Positions 1-9,956 of a stretch of 64,000 nucleotides of DNA are shown in pieces (the first letter of the stretch is position 1; the number at the start of each line of letters is the position of its first letter). A program made the translations under genes and the position numbers. The DNA comes from Octopus bimaculoides (Eukaryota): NCBI RefSeq assembly GCF_001194135.2, contig NC_069005.1:30862991-30926990 (forward strand), given 5' to 3'. The notes below the pieces were generated by a model. The model did no database searches, was not told the DNA's origin, and saw only the letters and a program-made list of their open reading frames with translations.

Positions 1-19
1 TTTCTCCTTGTCTCCGTAT

Positions 20-56
20 TCTTTCTGTTGAAGAGCGTAGCTCGAAACGTCAAAGA
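20..56 (+). ncRNA. Minimal type I hammerhead ribozyme motif of Penelope-like element type (core variant CUGUUGA)
   Basis: TCTTT(20-24) / CTGTTGA(25-31) / A / GAGC-GTA-GCTC hairpin (33-43) / GAAA(44-47) / CGTC with palindromic ACGT stem III / AAAGA(52-56), which pairs with 20-24. Confidence 0.6.
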
Positions 57-134
57 CTTTCCGTATTCCCGAGCGTCATACTAATATATACTTTTGTTAT
101 TTACACCACCTGTGTTATTTTTTGTATATTCTCC

Positions 135-179
<45 letters not shown>

Positions 180-239
180 GCGCACACACACACATACATA
201 TATACACATACACACACACACACAAATATATATATATAT

Positions 240-285
<46 letters not shown>

Positions 286-394
286 GTTTGTCTATCTATC
301 TATCTGTCTGTCTGTCTGTCTGTCTATCTATTTACCTACCTAGGTAGCTATCTGTTTGTCTATCTATGTCAACTGCATTCAGTTCACACACTCA

Positions 395-426
<32 letters not shown>

Positions 427-579
427 AAACCCATCACCACCATTACCCCATCTACATCACCGCAAGGAACCGCCTAACCACAACAGGAATCGCCTCAAAC
501 CCCACTTTACCCTTGCTGTTATTGTCAGGAGTTGTAAAACAGGCTGGCTTACTTGTTAAGTCTGTTTAACACGAAAGCG

Positions 580-797
580 GAAGAAGAAGAAGAAGAAGAA
601 GAAGAAGAAGAAGAAGAAGAAGAAGAAGAAGAAGAAGAAGAAGAAGAAGAAGAAGAAGAAGAAGAAGAAGAAGAAGAAGAAGAAGAAGAAGAAGAAGAAG
701 AAGGAGAAGAAGAAGAAGAAGAAGAAGAAGAAGAAGAAGAAGAAGAAGAAGAAGAAGAAGAAGAAGGAGGAGAAGAAGAAGAAGGAGAAGAAGGAGA
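580..797 (+). repeat. (GAA)n homopurine trinucleotide tract, about 70 units
   Basis: Near-perfect GAA run with a few GGA interruptions; source of the spurious poly-E, poly-S and poly-F ORFs. Confidence 0.98.
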
Positions 798-2028
798 AAA
801 CAAAAAAGAAATGAAATGGGAAAAAACCATGACTGGAGAATGTCTTAGAGATGAAATGATGTGGAAAATAATGAAATAATTGCAAAACATGAGCTTAGGG
901 TCATGGATTTATATATATATATATATACATACGTGTGTGTGTGTGTATATATATGCACACATACACATACATATATATGTATATGTATATACATACATAT
1001 ATACATGTATTGTATATACATACATATCATTGCTATCCGGTAGCCTCACCTCTATATACCCAGGTTTTCACCACTCACCTCCCCTCCCCACTCTCTAATC
1101 ACGCTTCTTTGACAATATCCTGTCACTTATATTATGACCTTCGAACCCCTAAGGGTATGCTCTGGTACTTGCCACCATCTATATCTCTCTCTGCTTTTAC
1201 TCGACCATCCCATTTATATTCTGATCCCCGCCCCTTGTGAGTATGCCCGGCACCTTGCCACCATCTCACCCACTCTCTCTCTCCTCCTCCTGCACTTCTA
1301 TCGGGTTGGGTAACCATGTATCTCCTTTGCGGTAGCACACCTGTTTCTGTCTTCATTCCTGATCTGTCTGTCTGGAGGTAGAAATATTGCGGAAAAACAT
1401 GAAATTCTTCAAGCAGGCACGTGTCTTATGTGAAATCTGTGATGAACCCAAGTGACGCTGATGACCTGGAGTCGCCACTGATGTGTGTGTGTGTGTGTAC
1501 ATACACTTCTTTGTCACTACTCAGTACATTGAATCAGTTATTGGAATCATGTCTTTGTAAAGACCTTGACACTGTCAAAGTTCGTGTGAAACTGTTTCAC
1601 TCCACGTGACACAAGAACAATGTGGAGTGAGAAATAAGGAAAGGGGCGACGGGAAGAAAGAAAAAAGGATAATATGGTAGAATGAAAGAAAGAGGTGGAG
1701 AAAAAAAGTTGAGAGAGAGAAAGGGAGGAAAAGAAAAGAAAGAAAGAGAAAACAGGGGATGGTGTTAATTTTTTAAAAGCCTTTTTCCCAGTGCTCTATA
1801 ATCAAAACATATTCACACTAAAATGACACGACATTATTCACGTTAAGTTACTTGTGAAATAAATAAATTTTTTCTCACATATAAAATCTTCATTTTTCTT
1901 ATTTTTATCATGTTAAACATCGACAAACGATTCCTCTGAAGTCCTACTAACCATATACTTGTTGCACTAACCAGAATGATTGACCCTGTAGTTAAATATT
2001 ATCAGCTGCTAATTACCTTCTCAAAGTG

Positions 2029-2044
2029 GTTTCCCTTGGTTACC
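2029..2044. promoter_or_regulatory. Candidate RFX X-box upstream of DYNC2LI1
   Basis: GTTTCCCTTGGTTACC about 120-130 bp upstream of the ATG; contains a perfect RGYAAC half-site on the minus strand (GGTAAC) and a GTTTCC half-site. Confidence 0.45.
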
Positions 2045-2160
2045 AACAACCGCTTGGACGAAGTTTTTGCAAACTTTATTCCCGAAGTTTATATTCATCG
2101 TCGTTTCTGTGCTATGAATTAATTTATAGAGGTGTGTTCTGTAAACGTTAACGTAACGTC

Positions 2161-2171
2161 ATGCCAGCCGG
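2161..2171 (+). CDS. DYNC2LI1: DYNC2LI1 coding exon 1 (11 nt, M-P-A-G split)
   Basis: ATGCCAGCCGG followed by the donor GTGAGT; phase 2 joins exon 2 in frame; MP start and a very short first coding exon as recalled for the human gene. Confidence 0.75.
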
Positions 2172-2502
2172 GTGAGTGGTTGTGCTTGTTATTCCCTTCC
2201 TTGACTTTATATATCTTCTATTTAAAACCGCCGAAACCAGCCATACAACTAGTTATTGTGTGTGTGTGTACACAAACATATAATGTCTGTTGTAAGCAAT
2301 CGGGGTGTTCAACCAATATTTATGTATGTTTATATGCGCACACACGCACACAGATTGATTGATAGATAACGTTACACGACATCCACGTTTGAGTGTGTTA
2401 AATTATAAGGCACAAAAAGAGAATGACTCTCTCCAGACACAACAGAATATGCTCCAACACACGATCTCATATAAAGAATCTTGAAAACCAAATCCCAAAA
2501 CG

Positions 2503-2546
<44 letters not shown>

Positions 2547-5500
2547 ACTTACACATGCATATAATAAACAAAATACATATACTATATACACGTATAAAAC
2601 AACACACACGCTTAACTAGGAGGAATTTGACAGTGTCGGTCATCAAGTTATACATTTTTGTATATGCCTATGTATACAATGTATGTGTGTATTATAAATG
2701 CAAATTGGGATCTTTTTTAAAACGGGGGCCACATTTTTCATTAATGTTTTACGTAGTGTTTTTGGTACCGAAAGACTTTCAAACTTCGTATACTTATCTA
2801 TTTTGTGTGAAATGGCGATTCCTTTTTAATAATTGAAACATCTCTTGTCGAAATCCTGACTGTGCCGTTGGCACACATATAAACCCCATATAATGGCTCA
2901 GTGGTTAGAGTGTCGGGCTCACAGTCAGTGAGTTCGATTCCCGGACTGAACTGTGTGTTGTGTTCTTGAGCAAGACACTTTATTCCACATTGCTCCAGTT
3001 CACTCAACTGTAGAAATGAGTTGTGGCGTCACAGGTGCCAAGCTGTATCGGCCCCTTTGCCTTTCCCTTGGATAACATCGGTGGCGTGGAGAGGGGACGC
3101 TCGTATGCATGGGTGACTGTTGGTCTTCCATAAGCAACTTTGCCTGGATTTATGCCTTGGAGGGGAACTTCCTAGGTGCAATCCCATGATCACTCATGAC
3201 CAAAAGGGGGCCTTCACCCTTTACCCTACACACACACACACACATACACAAAGGTTTGCGTATGTAAAGATGCAATATAATTTGTGTTGTTTTTTTTTTT
3301 CTTCTCTCCATTCCTACAGACCTGGGCAGATTATATGGGATGTTGCTATTGAACTGGCAGACCAGAAGACAGGTAAGTCGCTATATCGAGATACAGGTAA
3401 ACATGATAGAAGCATAGTGTCTTGAATGTAATGTGAATCTCCCCTCGGCCCCATGGAGGCCTTTAGAGCTGCCAGTGCCCAACTTAGGTTTCATGGTTTG
3501 AGGCAGCAAATGAGATGTATATCTCCTGGATGGGAAGCTGGGTGTTTTGTTGAACCAGCAACCTTTGAAACCTGATCAAAATGATGAAATAGGGGTTGCA
3601 CAAACCATCGAGAGTGAACCACTATGTGGTTGTTCCACCTGCTAGAAAAAGCAGCCACATTTCCCTCCAATAAGACTTCCTAGCACTTTCAAATGTTTCC
3701 ATATGGAAAAGTGTTTTCAACATTACAAAGCAAACCCTCTGATGGATACCTCAAGGGAAATGGAAGCATGGCAGACCAAAAAAGCAACACAGAAACTGAA
3801 TGACTAGTAGGTGGTTATACTTGGGGCCAACTACAGTCCATTGCCAAAGATCAAGACAGATGAGGGTTCTGTTGGTAATTCCATATGGAATTAAAGGATT
3901 AAGAAAAGGAAGAATATTTTCCCGTGATCTGTCTGTTACCAGCTCTTCTTAATGGCACAGCAATAAGCTGATGCAGCACAGAAAATAGTGTTCTGACCAG
4001 AAATACCATGTTATGCTTTGAAGTAGATGTGAATCCATGATTTATGAGTTGATATTTCCATGCATTATCCATGTGACCATTTGTCTCGACAGTGGCATGA
4101 ATGGTTAAAGTGCAGACAACAGGTTAATCATTTTGTTACCATATTTCTGTTTAAAAACACTGCTTTTGTTTTAATTAATTTTGAAAATAATGTAAAATTT
4201 AATTACATGATTTTAGCCAACAGACAGAACTGTTAGTGTGTTGAACAAAAAGCTTAGCGCCATTTCTACTAGCTTTTTTACTTTCCTGCCAAGGTTAAAT
4301 CTGCTTTTTGTCTTTCTGGAGGTCAATAAAATAAAGTAGCTGTCAAGTATTAAGGGTCAATGCAATCAACTCTCCCCTCTCCCTAAAGCTGCTGGCTGAG
4401 TATCAAGACTGGGAATAATTATTAATCTCATGTTTGGAGAATAGAATAACAGGGAGTTTTGTGAAAGGTTTTCGTTTAGACCCCTTCAAAACAGGAAATT
4501 TTTATCATGGAAGCAGGAGTGGTTTCAGATAAGTTGATTCTAAAACAATAGAATATGATTCAAAGACATTCCAGCCATGACCCTGCTGTCCTTTTATGGG
4601 TGTACAAGAGATTAGTTTAGCGAACATTTTCTTTCTCACTAATTTCAAATTGGCAGGGTGTGAATTGAGGGAGATTTGGCTGCTATATCTAGTCAGTCAA
4701 ACACTCTTCTAAGGACTCATTCATATGATAGTAGTCATAGTGATGGTAATAATTGTTTCATTTCTAGTGATGATGATGCTGATGGTAATGATGATTAAGA
4801 TGATGATGGTTGTAATATAAGTAGTAGTAGTAGTAACAGATATGTCTATAATTCCCCTCAAACTGTTATATCTGTTCCAGTTGGTCCCCAGGTGGAGAAA
4901 GAGTCAACCATTCTCATCACCGGAGCAAAAGAATGTGTAAGTCTACAATATTTAATAATCATCTGCGTTGTTTGAACTTTTTTCATTCTTTTCATACACA
5001 CACACACTCATACACACACATATATGCATTGGGCCTCGTGCAGGCAATGACTGAGAACTTTAGCAATATGCTGCGTTTGAGTAGAAGACCCATCAAGCCA
5101 AGCAAAATTGTAGTCGTAGCAGATACTGGTGTTGTGCAAGTGGCACCTGTGCCGGTGGCTTGTAAAAGCACCCATTACACTCTCGGAGTGTTTGGTGTTA
5201 GAAAGAGCATCCAGCCGCAGAAACCATGCTAAATCTGACTGGAGTCTGATGCAGCCCCTCAGCTTGCCAGTTCTAGTGAAACCACCTAACCCATGCCAGC
5301 ATGTACAACAGATGTTAAATGATGAGGATGAGTTTTATATATACAACATATATACAAATATATATCAATAAGCATCTATGTATGTGCGTGTATGCGTCAG
5401 ATTGAAGACATTTGAAAGGATACACTGAATGTAATTTGTAGAACTCTACACGTGCTCCCTTTCGGGTGAACGTTCTGTGTCTAGTTCTGGAAATTATATT

Positions 5501-7540
5501 TTATAAATCGACAGACTACGCTGATGATCCTGCAGATATTTACCTATGTAAATATTAACAGGTTTAAACCATGGTACGTAGGTTAATCGTTTTTTTTATT
5601 TAGTATTTTTTCATTTGTCTTACCCTTTTACAGTCTGTTGTCTCTCTGAAATTTTCACTGAGAACATATTCTTCGTGGTTGGATGATTCGGCATCTATTT
5701 CTAGCATATAGGAGTCCACTTTTGCTGGTCATTCCTCTTATTTTTGTGTATATATATATATAAGCTTACAGCTTATAAGCTATCACTGTGAATTGACTAA
5801 AGAAAATAGTCTAATATTGGGGCATATAAACCTTGATGAATAAAACTGGGTTTTCTATCCACATGGGACTGAAACCCACACTTCTATGTTTTTGCAACAT
5901 GTGAGAACCCCTGGACTGTCATAAATTTACCATCCCCCCAATCCAGCCCTCTGCCTTTCAAATATAAAAAACAAACAACTCAACTAACACCCTCCTCCTC
6001 TACTCCACTCTGATATACACCATTGTTTCATTTGATAGCATAAATATCTCATGGAATGCTGGTGTATCTGTTGATTGCCTCCATTCCAGTGTATTCCTGG
6101 CATTTACTGTACCAATTATATCATATGAAATATTATTCTTAACAAAACCTTTTTCTATAAATATTTAAATTCTTTTTTGTTGCAGGGGAAGTCGTCCATC
6201 TTGCCAATGTATCTAAATCAGTGAGTTTTTGTAGACTTTTATTTTTATTATTATTATTGTTGTTGTTGTTGTTAGCGAGGCGAAAGACANNNNNNNNNNN
6301 NNNNNNNNNNNNNNNNNNNNNNNNNNNNNNNNNNNNNNNNNNNNNNNNNNNNNNNNNNNNNNNNNNNNNNNNNNNNNNNNNNNNNNNNNNNNNNNNNNNN
6401 NNNNNNNNNNNNNNNNNNNNNNNNNNNNNNNNNNNNNNNNNNNNNNNNNNNNNNNNNNNNNNNNNNNNNNNNNNNNNNNNNNNNNNNNNNNNNNNNNNNN
6501 NNNNNNNNNNNNNNNNNNNNNNNNNNNNNNNNNNNNNNNNNNNNNNNNNNNNNNNNNNNNNNNNNNNNNNNNNNNNNNNNNNNNNNNNNNNNNNNNNNNN
6601 NNNNNNNNNNNNNNNNNNNNNNNNNNNNNNNNNNNNNNNNNNNNNNNNNNNNNNNNNNNNNNNNNNNNNNNNNNNNNNNNNNNNNNNNNNNNNNNNNNNN
6701 NNNNNNNNNNNNNNNNNNNNNNNNNNNNNNNNNNNNNNNNNNNNNNNNNNNNNNNNNNNNNNNNNNNNNNNNNNNNNNNNNNNNNNNNNNNNNNNNNNNN
6801 NNNNNNNNNNNNNNNNNNNNNNNNNNNNNNNNNNNNNNNNNNNNNNNNNNNNNNNNNNNNNNNNNNNNNNNNNNNNNNNNNNNNNNNNNNNNNNNNNNNN
6901 NNNNNNNNNNNNNNNNNNNNNNNNNNNNNNNNNNNNNNNNNNNNNNNNNNNNNNNNNNNNNNNNNNNNNNNNNNNNNNNNNNNNNNNNNNNNNNNNNNNN
7001 NNNNNNGAGAAAAAAAGAATAAAAAATTAAATTTTAAATGAAACTCTTAGCAGTTATTTCGTCATTATTGTTTTAACGTCCACTTTTCCATGCCTGCATG
7101 GGTCAGACGGAATTCTTTGAGGAGAATTATCTCTTAAATTAACTCGATAGTTTTATTAAATATATTTGTCACTCCACCTCTTCACTTTTGATTTATGTTT
7201 ACAGAGAAGAGTTGCCGAAACCCACTGTGGCTCTTGACTATGCATTTGCCCATGTTGGAGCAACAAATAAAATGGTAAGTAGTTTGTCTTTCTTACATTC
7301 ACCCTTGCTTCTCCTTCTAGTTGTTATTATCATTAACTTTAATGATGATGATGATGATGATAATAATGGCTTCAAATTTTGGCACAGGGCCAGCAGTTTC
7401 ATAAGCGCTGATGCATGAAACACTCAGCCCTTGAGTCACTCTGTTATTTCTGGCAAATATTGAAACTACACACACACACACACACACACATTCATATACT
7501 CATGTTTTGAGTTCTATTTTCGCTGTTTGCATCACCAAAC

Positions 7541-7571
<31 letters not shown>

Positions 7572-7615
7572 ACTGTGTATAGGCATCTATATATATATAT
7601 GTATTTATGCATATA

Positions 7616-7660
<45 letters not shown>

Positions 7661-7932
7661 CTGATCCTCTTGTATTTTCTTCTGTCCAAAGCCAGGAACT
7701 TTTCAGTACCACCCCCCTTGTATATATATATCCCTTGTCATCCCCTCCGTGAGGCCCAACGTCTGAAGATCCTTCTTCACCACTTTGTCCCATATCTTCC
7801 TGGGTCTATCCCTACCACATGTTCCCTCTACAGTTAAAGATTGGCACTTCTTCATGCAGGTATGTGTGTGTGTGTGTGTGTTTGTACGTATATGTATATA
7901 TGTATGTGTTTATATATATATATATGCGTGTT

Positions 7933-7969
<37 letters not shown>

Positions 7970-8685
7970 ATATATATATGTTTGTAAATATCTTTGTATA
8001 TATGTATATGTGTGTGTATGTATATATATGTATATTTATGAGTGTGTGTGTGTATATATATATATATATGTATGCATATTTACGTACCTGTATATATTTA
8101 TATATGTGTGTGTATGTATGTATGTAAATATTTTTATGTGTGTATATGTGTGTGTGTGTGTGATGTATGTATTTATATTTATATGAGTGTGTGTGTGTGT
8201 GTATGTGTTTATGTATGTGTGTGTGTGAGTATGTATATATGTATGTATATTTTTATGCAGTTTCATACATGGTGGTGTTGTGTTTCAGGTGAAAGACATT
8301 GGTCACTACTGGGAATTAGGCGGTGGAATCTGGTTGGTTCAACTGATGGAGGTTGTTATTAAACCAGAGACTATACAGTAAGTTTTTTTCTTTAGCAGTC
8401 ATCATTACCATCATCATCACTATCATCATTATTATTGTCATCATCAATATCACCATCATCATCAACATCACCACCACCATTACCATCATGATCATCATCA
8501 CTCTGGAAGAAATTAGCTGAGGTCAAATCTGGAAAGTAATGGGCTCCACCAGGTCTAGAAAAGCTGCTGAAGATGTGCCATATGTCATCACAATGCCCCT
8601 TTGTGCCTTTCAGGTGTTGAGGGGTCATGGCACAGCATAGATTCTTTTTTAGCCAGCTCTGCATGTATATATATGTATATATATG

Positions 8686-8733
<48 letters not shown>

Positions 8734-8942
8734 AGTGAATGTAAACACCTCATCTGTATACAAAGATTACATATATGTGTTATATGTATATATACATATA
8801 TATGTATGTATATATAGATATGTATGCATATCTATGTGTAAATATATATGTATATATATGAATGTATATATATATATTTGTGTATGTATATGTATATATA
8901 TGTATGTATATGTATATATGTATGTATATGTATATATGTGTA

Positions 8943-8974
<32 letters not shown>

Positions 8975-9915
8975 GTATGTATATATATATATANNNNNNN
9001 NNNNNNNNNNNNNNNNNNNNNNNNNNNNNNNNNNNNNNNNNNNNNNNNNNNNNNNNNNNNNNNNNNNNNNNNNNNNNNNNNNNNNNNNNNNNNNNNNNNN
9101 NNNNNNNNNNNNNNNNNNNNNNNNNNNNNNNNNNNNNNNNNNNNNNNNNNNNNNNNNNNNNNNNNNNNNNNNNNNNNNNNNNNNNNNNNNNNNNNNNNNN
9201 NNNNNNNNNNNNNNNNNNNNNNNNNNNNNNNNNNNNNNNNNNNNNNNNNNNNNNNNNNNNNNNNNNNNNNNNNNNNNNNNNNNNNNNNNNNNNNNNNNNN
9301 NNNNNNNNNNNNNNNNNNNNNNNNNNNNNNNNNNNNNNNNNNNNNNNNNNNNNNNNNNNNNNNNNNNNNNNNNNNNNNNNNNNNNNNNNNNNNNNNNNNN
9401 NNNNNNNNNNNNNNNNNNNNNNNNNNNNNNNNNNNNNNNNNNNNNNNNNNNNNNNNNNNNNNNNNNNNNNNNNNNNNNNNNNNNNNNNNNNNNNNNNNNN
9501 NNNNNNNNNNNNNNNNNNNNNNNNNNNNNNNNNNNNNNNNNNNNNNNNNNNNNNNNNNNNNNNNNNNNNNNNNNNNNNNNNNNNNNNNNNNNNNNNNNNN
9601 NNNNNNNNNNNNNNNNNNNNNNNNNNNNNNNNNNNNNNNNNNNNNNNNNNNNNNNNNNNNNNNNNNNNNNNNNNNNNNNNNNNNNNNNNNNNNNNNNNNN
9701 NNNNNNNNNNNNNNNNNNNNNNNNNNNNNNNNNNTATTTCAATTGTTTTTTGGGTTTTTTTCTAAAGCATCTTGCTTTCCAACCACAGGGTTCTGGGTTC
9801 AGTCCCACTGCATGACACTTTGGGCAAGTGTCTTCCACTATAGCCTCCGACTGACCAAAGCTTTGTGAGTGGATTTGGTAGGTGGAAACTGAAAGAAGCC
9901 CATTATATGTGTGTG

Positions 9916-9956
<41 letters not shown>

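Noticed and set aside
94-1098. ORFs rich in YI, HT, CV, poly-E, poly-S and poly-F repeats (and similar ORFs throughout the window)
   Set aside because: They are translations of (TA)n, (CA)n and (GAA)n microsatellites with no domain content
1041-1640. Possible further Penelope/hammerhead remnants (CTGATGA near 1457; hairpin ACCTTGAC-ACT-GTCAAAGT before GAAAC near 1562-1592)
   Set aside because: Core boxes are not in correct register with the stems; too degenerate to call
2893-2965. tRNA genes at SINE heads
   Set aside because: A and B boxes are present but there is no complete cloverleaf, and each continues into a SINE body
4881-4891. Alternative internal acceptor CCCCAG in exon 3
   Set aside because: Use would remove 11 nt and frameshift before the P-loop
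5513-5530. TDYADD, resembling the reverse transcriptase YADD motif
   Set aside because: Only six residues, with no flanking RT similarity
6221-7030. Long ORFs made of X residues (also at 8627, 28910, 38326, 50345, 59210 and 60148)
   Set aside because: Artefacts of N-gaps read as stop-free sequence
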